Shown piece by piece: positions 1 to 8,703 of a stretch of DNA of 64,000 nt (position 1 is the first letter of the stretch; each line of letters begins with the position of its first letter). A program made the position numbers and the translations under genes. This DNA comes from Terriglobales bacterium (GTDB lineage Bacteria; Acidobacteriota; Terriglobia; Terriglobales; Acidobacteriaceae), in the NCBI GenBank assembly GCA_038205325.1, contig JBBRCA010000001.1, positions 4,603 through 68,602 of the forward strand, read 5' to 3'. The notes beneath the pieces are model-generated. The model was not told the DNA's origin. It did not search any database and was given only the letters and a program-made list of their open reading frames with translations.

Positions 1-1
1 G

Positions 2-1267
2 ACGTCGCCGGAGTCGATCGATCTCGCCGAAGATCGCAAGCGCTTCGGCAAGCTGATCACCGAGCTCGATATTCCGCAGCCTCCGGGAGCGATGGCGACA
101 AACGTTGAAGAAGCCCTCGCGGGCGCGCGGCGCGTGCAGTATCCGGTGCTGGTGCGGCCGTCGTATGTGCTGGGCGGGCGCGCGATGGTGATTGCGTATG
201 ACGACGCCGAAGTCGTGCGTTATATGAGCACGGCCATTGAATATTCGCAGGAGCGGCCGGTACTGATCGACCATTTTCTGGAGGACGCGCAGGAAGTCGA
301 TGTGGATGCGTTGTGCGATGGAAAGGACGTCGTCATCGCGGGCATCATGCAGCACATCGAAGAGGCGGGCGTGCATTCCGGCGACTCGTCGTGTGTGCTG
401 CCCGCGGTCGATCTTGCGCCCGAGGTGCTCGACACGATTCGCGTCTACACACGCAAGCTGGCACTGGCATTGAATGTGATTGGGCTATGCAATCTGCAGT
501 TTGCGATTCAGCGTGGCAAGGTGTTTGTGATCGAAGTGAATCCGCGCGCGTCACGAACTGTGCCGTATGTTTCAAAGGCAACAGGGGTGCAGTTGGCGAA
601 GGTCGCGGCGCGCTTGATGATCGGGCGCACCTTGAAAGAGTTGCTGCCAATAGAGCTTGCGAGCGGCAAGGATCTGGGTACGGGCGACCACTTCTTTGTG
701 AAGTCGCCGGTGTTTCCGTGGGGCAAGTTCCAGGGCGTCGACCCGGTGCTGGGGCCAGAGATGAAATCGACCGGCGAAGTGATGGGCGTGGCCGACAATT
801 TCGGTGAAGCGTTTGCAAAGGCTCAAACGGCGGCAGGGCTGCACCTTCCACTTGAAGGCACGGTGTTCCTGAGCGTGAACGACCGCGATAAGGAAATGCT
901 GTTGCCGCTGGCCCGCAGGTTCGTCGATCTCGGTTTCAGGTTGGTCGCAACGCATGGGTCGGCTGCGGTGATGGAGAACGCGGGCTTGCAGGTGGAGCGG
1001 GTTTACAAAGTGAATGAAGGCCGTCCGAACGTAGTGGACCTTATCAAGGGCGACCGCATTCAATTGATCGTAAATACGCCACAGGGCAAGGAGCGGGTGT
1101 TCGACGACCAGGCGATTCGTGGCGCGGCCGTATTGGCACGTGTGCCCACGATCACCACAATGGCCGCGGCGCGCGCGGCCGTCGAAGGCATTGAGTCGCT
1201 ACAAAATGGAACGCGTCGCGTGGAAGCGTTACAGACTTTGCATGCTCGGAGAATCGCTTCGGTATAA
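2..1267 (+). CDS. carB: Carbamoyl-phosphate synthase large subunit, C-terminal part (5'-truncated by window edge)
   Basis: Frame open from position 2 ([15 protein letters not shown]...). ATP-grasp motifs [46 protein letters not shown], then an MGS-like C-terminal domain. Confidence 0.97.
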   Translation, partial: TSPESIDLAEDRKRFGKLITELDIPQPPGAMATNVEEALAGARRVQYPVLVRPSYVLGGRAMVIAYDDAEVVRYMSTAIEYSQERPVLIDHFLEDAQEVDVDALCDGKDVVIAGIMQHIEEAGVHSGDSSCVLPAVDLAPEVLDTIRVYTRKLALALNVIGLCNLQFAIQRGKVFVIEVNPRASRTVPYVSKATGVQLAKVAARLMIGRTLKELLPIELASGKDLGTGDHFFVKSPVFPWGKFQGVDPVLGPEMKSTGEVMGVADNFGEAFAKAQTAAGLHLPLEGTVFLSVNDRDKEMLLPLARRFVDLGFRLVATHGSAAVMENAGLQVERVYKVNEGRPNVVDLIKGDRIQLIVNTPQGKERVFDDQAIRGAAVLARVPTITTMAAARAAVEGIESLQNGTRRVEALQTLHARRIASV

Positions 1268-1289
1268 CGGAAGAAAATGCAGGAAACTT

Positions 1290-2327
1290 ATGTTGCTTGA
1301 TGGAATCTTTGTACCTCTGACAACACCTTTCTACCGCGACGGGCGGCTTTATGTTCGGAAGGTCGAACATAACGTCGATCGTTTTTCGAAGACTCCGGCG
1401 GCGGGGGTGATCGCGCTCGGCAGCAACGGCGAAGCGCGCGGGATTTCCGACGACGAGACTCGCGAGACGCTGCACGCGGTCGCGCAGACTGCAGCCCGAG
1501 ATAAGGTGCTGATCGCAGGCGTGTCGCGCGACAGCGTGCGGTTGTCGCTGGCGATTGCCGAAACAGCAGCTACGGAAGGCTTCGATGCGGTGCTGACTCA
1601 TGCGCCTTCGAGTTGTAGCGCGGAGGAGAAGTTGGTGTACTTTCGTGCGCTGGCGGACGCGTCGCCTCTGCCAATTATTTTGAGCAGCGGGGTTGGCGCA
1701 ATGGCGATTACTGAAGCGTGGGTCGCGGAGTTGGCGAGACATCCGAATGTGATCAGTATGGTCGACACGGCGCTTTCTGTGGCGAGGTATAAAGCTCTCA
1801 TTAATTCGACGGCGGACGTCGCGCGCGAAGTGACAGTGACACAGATTTTCGGCGCGGTGACGGGGCGGATGCGGACTGCGGAAAGCACGGGGCCAGCTAC
1901 TTTTGTTTCCGCGGACACGTTGGGATCCGGCGGCAGCGCTGTTGCAGTCGCTCCACCGCAACCTGCGTTGAAGACGCGCTTGAAGAAGGTCGGATTTCAG
2001 ATGCTTGCGGCGGGGAGCGTGGACATGCTTCCCTTGCTGCTGGCGGGCGCTACCGGCGCTGTTCCTGCGCTGGCTGCGTGCGCTCCGCAAGCGTGCCATG
2101 AGGTCTACGCGGCGTGGAAAGATGGTGATCCGGATCTTGCCGCTCAGAAATCGTTACGAATCGCCGCAGCGACTAAGTTGCTAAATGAGGATCTCGGCAT
2201 CGCAGGCTTGAAGTATGCGTGCGACCTGAACGGCTATTACGGAGGATCACCGCGACTGCCGCGGCTTCCGCTCGACGGCGCAGCGCGCACGCGGGTAGAG
2301 CACGCTATGCGGGAAATTCGCAACTAA
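1290..2327 (+). CDS. DapA/DHDPS (N-acetylneuraminate lyase superfamily)-like protein lacking the Schiff-base lysine
   Basis: MLLDGIFVPLTTPF N-terminus, GSNGE motif, YACDLNGYYGGSPRLP C-terminus. Start moved to ATG 1290 after AGGA. PNVISMVDT stands where PNIVGIKDS is expected. Confidence 0.85.
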   Translation: MLLDGIFVPLTTPFYRDGRLYVRKVEHNVDRFSKTPAAGVIALGSNGEARGISDDETRETLHAVAQTAARDKVLIAGVSRDSVRLSLAIAETAATEGFDAVLTHAPSSCSAEEKLVYFRALADASPLPIILSSGVGAMAITEAWVAELARHPNVISMVDTALSVARYKALINSTADVAREVTVTQIFGAVTGRMRTAESTGPATFVSADTLGSGGSAVAVAPPQPALKTRLKKVGFQMLAAGSVDMLPLLLAGATGAVPALAACAPQACHEVYAAWKDGDPDLAAQKSLRIAAATKLLNEDLGIAGLKYACDLNGYYGGSPRLPRLPLDGAARTRVEHAMREIRN

Positions 2328-2349
2328 TCTCTGTGAAACCCCTGCTAAA

Positions 2350-3177
2350 TCAGCCCAAGAACTCCACCGTCCCCCGACAAATAATCTCCGCAGGCCCGGT
2401 CAGCATCATCTCGCTTTGCGCGTCGGTCCACGTCACGCTCTGCGGGCCACCCGGAGCCAGCGCCGTCAATGCACGCGCCGCGCCGCGCAGACTCATCGCC
2501 GCAGCGCTCGCGGCACAAGCCCCCGTGCCCGACGACATCGTCGGCCCACATCCGCGCTCATAAATCCGAAACGCAATCTCACCCTCGCCGAGCACCTTCA
2601 CAAACTCTACATTCGTCCCTCGCGGAAACAGTTTGCTGGTACTGATCTTCTCGCCCAACTCTTGCCAACCCATCCCGTACGCGCCGAAATCTTCACGCTC
2701 GGTAAAAACCACAAAGTGCGGGTTTCCAACATCGACCACCGCCCCTTCCACCACGCGCATCAGCCCTTCAATCTCGATGTTCCGCTGCATCACGCGCGGC
2801 ACGCCCATCGCACTCTCAATCCACCACTCCGTTCCTTCGCGCTGCGCTTTATCTCGTACCACGCGACACGTCCGCACCCCGCCCTGTGTGCCCAACGCGA
2901 CCTCTTCGCGTCCCTCGCTCTCCGCCAGCCACGCCGCAACGCAGCGCGTCCCATTGCCGCTCAACTCCGCCTCACCACCGTCCGCGTTGAACAGCCTCAG
3001 GAACAACGACCCGTCCGCGCGCCGCTCCAGAAACTCAATCCCGTCCGCGCCAATGCCCGTGTTCCGCGCACAGAGCTTCTTCGCCAACGCCTGATGGCGT
3101 CCAGCGGCGGCCGCTTCTTCGATCACCAGAAAGTCATTCCCGCACGCATGTACCTTCACAAATCCAATGCTGCTCAC
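2350..3177 (-). CDS. dapF: Diaminopimelate epimerase-fold protein (both catalytic Cys replaced by Ser)
   Basis: FVKVHACGNDF, LFNADGGEAELSGNGTRC, VDVGNPHFV, GTNVEF, YERGCGPTMSSGTGACA. Confidence 0.85.
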   Translation of the reverse strand: MSSIGFVKVHACGNDFLVIEEAAAAGRHQALAKKLCARNTGIGADGIEFLERRADGSLFLRLFNADGGEAELSGNGTRCVAAWLAESEGREEVALGTQGGVRTCRVVRDKAQREGTEWWIESAMGVPRVMQRNIEIEGLMRVVEGAVVDVGNPHFVVFTEREDFGAYGMGWQELGEKISTSKLFPRGTNVEFVKVLGEGEIAFRIYERGCGPTMSSGTGACAASAAAMSLRGAARALTALAPGGPQSVTWTDAQSEMMLTGPAEIICRGTVEFLG

Positions 3178-3950
3178 TCGTCCTCCAGGTCGCGGAACAC
3201 GGCCACTTGGTCCGTGCCGTCGTTGGCCCGCAATTCACTTAACAGCTTTTTGTGGAGCTTTCCGGTAGCCAGTACTGAAAACGAAATGCGCTCCATTCCC
3301 GCGACATTGTCTCGATCCACCACATTCAATCGTAACGCCGAGGCATCGAGCACCTTGAGCACCGACACAAACATCCTGTGCCGCGCCTCTTCGCGCACCT
3401 CCGCCAGCGCCTCCGCGCGAGCCGCGCCGACAATGTCCTGACCCAGCGCGCTACCCACATCCGCGCGCACCTCATACAACATCGGGAAACGCTTCCATCC
3501 CAACTTACCCTCCAGCGCTCCCACGGCCTGCAACGCAATCAGCAGAATCGCCGTCGCAAACGCTGCTACCGCATATAGCCCCGCGCCGCACGCCATTCCC
3601 ACCGAGGCCACCACCCACACCGTCGCGGCGCTGGTCAGGCCAACCACGCGGCTCTTGGTATGCAATATCAGCCCCGCGCCCAGGAAGCCAATTCCTTGCA
3701 CGATGTTCGAGGCCACCTGTCCCTTGTTTTGCCCGATGTCGCCGGCTAGCACCGGGCTCAGCAGCGTAAACAATGCCGATCCCATACAAATCAACATGTT
3801 GGTGCGCAGTCCCGAATCCTTGTGCCTGTACTCGCGCTCGATGCCCACCAGGCCGCCCAGAGCCGACGCCATCAGCAGGCGCTTGAGCGCGGCTTCGGAC
3901 AAGATCATTTGCTGCAGCGAACTGAAAGAGAGGTGACTCTGCAAAAACAT
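3174..3950 (-). CDS. MgtC/SapB family membrane protein
   Basis: GGLVGIEREYRHKDSGLRT, IVQGIGFLGAGLI, GLTSAATVW. Start taken at ATG 3950; the longer ORF to 4064 is probably over-extended. Confidence 0.92.
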   Translation of the reverse strand: MFLQSHLSFSSLQQMILSEAALKRLLMASALGGLVGIEREYRHKDSGLRTNMLICMGSALFTLLSPVLAGDIGQNKGQVASNIVQGIGFLGAGLILHTKSRVVGLTSAATVWVVASVGMACGAGLYAVAAFATAILLIALQAVGALEGKLGWKRFPMLYEVRADVGSALGQDIVGAARAEALAEVREEARHRMFVSVLKVLDASALRLNVVDRDNVAGMERISFSVLATGKLHKKLLSELRANDGTDQVAVFRDLEDE

Positions 3951-4076
3951 CGTCGCAGCAGAATAGCAGCCACGACCCGCTTCCGGGTACGCAATATGAA
4001 AAGTTGCTTGCGCCTGGGAAAATAAAGGGGCGTCATCGGTTGCGACGACGCCCACTTTAGCCAAGCAACTTTCTCT

Positions 4077-4595
4077 TCAGGCTGCCATCGACAGTGGGGC
4101 CTTTACGTTGATTCGCGCCGACAGTATTGTCAGCGCTGCGTCGGCATGTTTTTCTTCCTCCAGCGTCTTCTCCAGTAACGCCGCATGGTCGCTCTCGCCG
4201 AGCACGCTCGCCCAGGTCCGCAGCGTGCCATACACGGCGATTTCGTGGTGCTCCACTTTGTTGCCCGAAGCGATCAAACTGACATCGCGCAGCGCGGGAT
4301 TTTTCGCATCGTCCGCCTCGCTGCTCGCTCCGGAAATCAGTGTTGCCGTCACTTTGCACTTCAATCCGTCAACCTCTCCTTGATCGGCATCGAGGATCCG
4401 TTCCAGACGCGACACATGTTCCTTCGACTCCTCCAGGTGCGTGCGAAACGCGTCCGCAAGCTGAGGGTTGGTGGACGCCTCGATCATCGCCGGCAACCCT
4501 GTTTCGACAATCTGCTTTTCGCTATCTAAAGCCGTGCGCAGACCCTCCACGTACAGTGTCCGCAAATCATTGATATCCGCTGAAAACAGGCCCAT
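4077..4595 (-). CDS. Ferritin-like DUF892 (YciE/YciF) family protein
   Basis: LYVEGLRTALDSEKQI, HLEES, KVEHHEIAVYGTL, LEEEKHAD. AGGAG RBS 7 nt upstream of ATG 4595. Confidence 0.9.
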   Translation of the reverse strand: MGLFSADINDLRTLYVEGLRTALDSEKQIVETGLPAMIEASTNPQLADAFRTHLEESKEHVSRLERILDADQGEVDGLKCKVTATLISGASSEADDAKNPALRDVSLIASGNKVEHHEIAVYGTLRTWASVLGESDHAALLEKTLEEEKHADAALTILSARINVKAPLSMAA

Positions 4596-4820
4596 GACCA
4601 TTCTCCTTCGCACACGACTCGTCCCGGCCATGAGGCCTGCGAGTGCGATGCGAACTTTAAAACATCGTTAGGTGTTGCGTTCTTCCGGCCAGCAAACAGC
4701 CGGGGCTTCAACCGCTTCAACTGGGGTAAGATGCCGTCTCCCAGCCACAAGTCATCGACCGGGTGGGCCCAGCTTCGCGACATCTTTTCGTCGCTTAGGG
4801 GTACCTTGACGGCGACCCTT

Positions 4821-6689
4821 CTAGGGCCTCACGCCAACCCGATCCGCTTTATAAACCCGCGCACACGGCTGCCCGGTTGTGCATATCACCTCAAGTTCGG
4901 TCAACCCCTCGGGATGCGCCCTCACCGCGTCCGCCACCGGATCACCGGCAATCGCAATCACGTAGTCCGCGTTGGCCGCCGGAGCCTCCAGCGCCTTGTG
5001 CCACGAGTCCCAATCCTGCTCGCTCACCATGCTGCGCAACGTCCGCCCCGCCACCTGCACCGCGCCCACGTGCGCCGACGTGTACATCATCACAGGAGCG
5101 TCCGAGGGCATGCGCTGCATCGCCTCCGCAATCCCGTGTTCAAACGCCACCCGCGTCGTGGCATTCACCATGCCTTCCTTCAGTACCAGAGGCACGCGGT
5201 ACATCATCCCCAAACAGTTAACGACGCACAGCAGCATCGCTACGGGCTGAGCCAGTCTGGCCGCGACCCGTGCCCAGCCCGCAGACCGCGCGCGCAGCCA
5301 CGCATCGCCTCGCCACGCTGCCAGCGCCGCATACACACTTAGCGCGGGCAACAGTTCCATCCCATAGCGGGAGTTGTAATACGAGTGTGGCCACAACTGC
5401 GGAATAAAAATCGGCACTGACCCATACGCGACCGAGTACACATAAAACGGCAGCGGCAACCACAACAACCACGCCAATCGCGCCGTACTGCGTGTACTTA
5501 TTTCGTGTCGCAGTGTTGTTGTTTTTCTTTTTGTCATTCCCGCAGGGAATCTGCTTTCTTCCGCAGCAGCAGGAATCGGGTCTGCAGTCGCGGACATGGG
5601 TTTTCGCCAGGACACCCAAAGCCCCACCAACGCCGCAATCATCACCGCCCACCCGGTCTCCCAAACCGAAGCGTCTACCTGCGCGGTCCGCATATAGAAC
5701 AGCAATGCCCATCCCGGATTCATCCACCCGCGATAGTTCTGCCCCGGCGGCGCCGTCCTATGCTCGATCGCCTTGGCCGAATAGGGTCCGCGCATAAAGT
5801 CCAGCCAGTCCCCCATGAAGTGGTGATTGAACCCGAACCACACCACCGGCCCAATAACACACAGCAGCGTAAACACAGCGAATGCGCGCAGCATTCGCCG
5901 CCGCAGCGCCGTATCGCCGCGCCACAACTTCCAGGCGAAACAGCACCACACTACCGCGCCCACCACCCAGCCGTCGTAGCGCGTAAAGACCTGCGCCAGA
6001 ATCAGCAAGCCAGCGCCCATCATCCACCGTTCCGCGCTTCGCTCGTTGCCATCTCGCAACGCTGCGACCGTCTCCACAGCTGCGACCACGGTCCACACCA
6101 GCAGGGCCAGAAATAGCGCCTCGGTCATCGCCGTCGAAGCCAGAAACAGCAGGTTCGCGTTGAGCGCGTAAAACGTCGCCGCCACCAGCGCCCAGCGCAC
6201 GGCCATCATGCGCCGCGCCAGCCGCCAAACGCCCGCGACGCTCGCCGCATAACTCAGCACCGACATCGGAGCGCCGCCCAACCCGCTCTGCCACCACGCC
6301 ATCTTCTGCACAAACGGCAACATCAACAAATGCGGCAGCGGCAGCCACACCCCGCCCAGTTGCGACACACCGGGCCACCGCGCATCGAGAATCCGGCGCG
6401 CAATCGCGAGATGTGCAACCGCATCGCCGTAGAGCAGTAGATAGCCCTTCGCGTAACACACCAACGTCGCAAAAAAACCGAGCACCAGCGCGGCCATAAA
6501 GACGATCCGCACCTCACCCGCGCCCACTGTCCGCACCGCCTCCCAATCGAACCCAGCGGTTCCCCTTCCGCCTCGCCCACGCTGTCTCAACGACCCCGGC
6601 CGTTCATACGTGACAGTACGCACGTTCTCTTCGCGGTCATTGCGTTCTCCCTTCGCGTCCTCCGTGTTCGTTTTTGATTTTTTTTTCAT
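4821..6689 (-). CDS. Polytopic membrane protein, GT-C/glycosyltransferase family 39-like
   Basis: LYGDAVAHL, WLPLPHLLMLPF, ASTAMTEALF and TRYDGW motifs with many hydrophobic segments. Start position uncertain. Confidence 0.7.
   Translation of the reverse strand: MKKKSKTNTEDAKGERNDREENVRTVTYERPGSLRQRGRGGRGTAGFDWEAVRTVGAGEVRIVFMAALVLGFFATLVCYAKGYLLLYGDAVAHLAIARRILDARWPGVSQLGGVWLPLPHLLMLPFVQKMAWWQSGLGGAPMSVLSYAASVAGVWRLARRMMAVRWALVAATFYALNANLLFLASTAMTEALFLALLVWTVVAAVETVAALRDGNERSAERWMMGAGLLILAQVFTRYDGWVVGAVVWCCFAWKLWRGDTALRRRMLRAFAVFTLLCVIGPVVWFGFNHHFMGDWLDFMRGPYSAKAIEHRTAPPGQNYRGWMNPGWALLFYMRTAQVDASVWETGWAVMIAALVGLWVSWRKPMSATADPIPAAAEESRFPAGMTKRKTTTLRHEISTRSTARLAWLLWLPLPFYVYSVAYGSVPIFIPQLWPHSYYNSRYGMELLPALSVYAALAAWRGDAWLRARSAGWARVAARLAQPVAMLLCVVNCLGMMYRVPLVLKEGMVNATTRVAFEHGIAEAMQRMPSDAPVMMYTSAHVGAVQVAGRTLRSMVSEQDWDSWHKALEAPAANADYVIAIAGDPVADAVRAHPEGLTELEVICTTGQPCARVYKADRVGVRP
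5520..5554. repeat. REP-like palindromic element inside a coding sequence
   Basis: TTTTTCTTTTTGTCATTCCC-GCA-GGGAATCTGC, nearly identical to intergenic copies at 50137 and 63635. Confidence 0.8.
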
Positions 6690-6698
6690 TACCGCCGA

Positions 6699-7601
6699 CT
6701 ACAAATGTGAAATTTCGCGCAGATGCCCAAACCGCTCATCGATCTCCGCGCGCGTCACTTCCTGCAACCGCTCCGTGCCAAACTTTTCGCACGCAAACGA
6801 CCCCATCACGCTGCCATAAAACATCGCAGCCCGCACCACTTCCGGGATCATCCCGCCCTGCGACGCGATGTACCCATAGAAGCCGCCCGCAAACGAATCC
6901 CCCGCGCCGGTCGGGTCGACGACTTCGCCCATCGGCAGCCCTGGGGCGCGAAACGGTCGCCCGTGCGCGCTATAAACCGTCGCCCCATACTCGCCATGTT
7001 TCACCACCAACGACTTCGGGCCCAGCGCCATCACCATCTGCGCCGCGCGCAGCGCATTGCTTTCGCCGCTGATCATCCGCGCTTCCTGATCGTTGATCAA
7101 CAGCACATCCAACACCGCCAGCACCTTCAGCAGATTCTCGCGATGCGCCGAAATCCAATAGTTCATGGTGTCGCCGGCGACCAGCTTCACATCGGGCATC
7201 TGCTGGCGAACCTGGGCCTGTAACACCGGATCGATGTTGGCCAGAAATAGATACTCCGAATCCAGATAGGATTTTGGAATCTTCGGCGAAAACTCCGCAA
7301 AGACGTTCAAGTCCGTCGCCAGCGTCTCGGCCAGGTTAAGATCCTTCAAGTAACTTCCGGTCCAATGAAAGCTCAACCCCGGCGCACGCTCGATCCCGCG
7401 CGTATCCACACCGCGCCGTGTCAGCACTGCTTCATGTTCCGGTAAAAAATCCTCGCCGACCACGCCGATCACGCGCACATCGGTAAAAAAACTCGCCGTC
7501 AGTGCAAAATACGTCGCCGCACCGCCAACAATTTTCGACCGCTTGCCACTCGGCGTCTCAAGCGAATCGAACGCCACCGAACCCACTACTAAAATTGCCA
7601 C
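6699..7601 (-). CDS. PfkB/ribokinase-family sugar or nucleoside kinase
   Basis: VVGSVAFD, GGAATY, DPTGAGDSFAGG. GTG start at 7601 after GAGGGA. Lies directly downstream of mtnP. Confidence 0.92.
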   Translation of the reverse strand: MAILVVGSVAFDSLETPSGKRSKIVGGAATYFALTASFFTDVRVIGVVGEDFLPEHEAVLTRRGVDTRGIERAPGLSFHWTGSYLKDLNLAETLATDLNVFAEFSPKIPKSYLDSEYLFLANIDPVLQAQVRQQMPDVKLVAGDTMNYWISAHRENLLKVLAVLDVLLINDQEARMISGESNALRAAQMVMALGPKSLVVKHGEYGATVYSAHGRPFRAPGLPMGEVVDPTGAGDSFAGGFYGYIASQGGMIPEVVRAAMFYGSVMGSFACEKFGTERLQEVTRAEIDERFGHLREISHL

Positions 7602-7621
7602 TATTGATTCCCTCTTCTTTC

Positions 7622-7662
7622 TGCCATTCCGCACCCTGAGCGAAGTCGAAGGTGAAGGAATC
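7622..7662. repeat. REP-like palindromic element (variant)
   Basis: TGCCATTCC-GCACCCTGAGCGAAGTCGAAGGTGAA-GGAATC between mtnP and the PfkB gene. Confidence 0.6.
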
Positions 7663-7673
7663 GGTATTTCGCG

Positions 7674-8543
7674 CTACCAGTACTTCCCGAACAACACATC
7701 TAGCTTTTTCTTCGTCTCGTCCGGAATCAAACTCTTGTCCGTCATAATCGCAAACTGTGCGGCCGTCTGAGCAGGCGACGAACTCAAGTCCTTCGGCATC
7801 AGCCGGACTGCGGTCTTTACGACCTTCTGCGCGTTCCCCGAATTTTGATGCATTACTGCGATCACCTGTTCGACGGTGACATCGTCATGCCCTTCGCGCC
7901 AGCAATCGTAGTCGGTCACCATCGCCAGCGTCGCATAACTGATCTCGGCCTCCCGCGCCAGTTTCGCTTCCTGCAGATTGGTCATCCCAATCACGTCCGC
8001 ATTCCACGACCTATACAGGTTGGATTCAGCCCGAGTCGAAAACTGCGGCCCTTCCATGCATACATAAGTCCCGCCCTTTTTCCCGACGACGCCCACTTCC
8101 TCGCACGCCTTCACAAACGTATCGACGACAATCGGACACACCGGATCGCCAAACCCCACATGCCCCACCACGCCCTCGCCAAAGAACGTCGCATGGCGCG
8201 CAAACGTGCGATCAATGAACTGGTCGGGCACCACAAAGTCCGTCGGCTGATGTTCTTCCTTCAAGCTGCCGACCGCGCTTACGCTCAGAATGCTTGTCAC
8301 GCCCAACGCCTTCATCGCATAAATATTCGCGCGAAAGTTCAACTCACTCGGCAATATCCGATGCCCCTTGCCATGCCGCGCCAGAAAAGCGACCTTCCGC
8401 CCCTCCAACTCACCCAGAACAAACGTCTCGCTCGGCTCGCCAAACGGCGTCTCCACGCGCTCTTCGCGCACCCCGGTCAGCCCGGCTATGCCATACAAAC
8501 CGCTGCCGCCGATAATTCCAATCTCAGCCTTCTGCAAACTCAT
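7674..8543 (-). CDS. mtnP: S-methyl-5'-thioadenosine phosphorylase
   Basis: GIIGGSGLY, ARHGKGH, EGPQFSTRAES, VIGMTN, MVTDYD. Start at ATG 8543 or TTG 8537. Confidence 0.93.
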   Translation of the reverse strand: MSLQKAEIGIIGGSGLYGIAGLTGVREERVETPFGEPSETFVLGELEGRKVAFLARHGKGHRILPSELNFRANIYAMKALGVTSILSVSAVGSLKEEHQPTDFVVPDQFIDRTFARHATFFGEGVVGHVGFGDPVCPIVVDTFVKACEEVGVVGKKGGTYVCMEGPQFSTRAESNLYRSWNADVIGMTNLQEAKLAREAEISYATLAMVTDYDCWREGHDDVTVEQVIAVMHQNSGNAQKVVKTAVRLMPKDLSSSPAQTAAQFAIMTDKSLIPDETKKKLDVLFGKYW

Positions 8544-8580
8544 TCTCCTTGACACTCACTCTAGCTCTTACTTTTGTTCT

Positions 8581-8623
8581 TGCTTTTCTTTTTGTCATTC
8601 CGTAGCGAAGCGAAGGAATCTGC
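8581..8623. repeat. REP-like palindromic element
   Basis: TGCTTTTCTTTTTGTCATTCC-GTAGCGAAGCGAA-GGAATCTGC. Confidence 0.8.
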
Positions 8624-8703
8624 ATTCCGGCCAGCACAAATTTCGGGTGCCCAATTCATCGTGCCGCATCTGGCGCGATGGGTGGGATCGCACGCCGCCC
8701 GAC

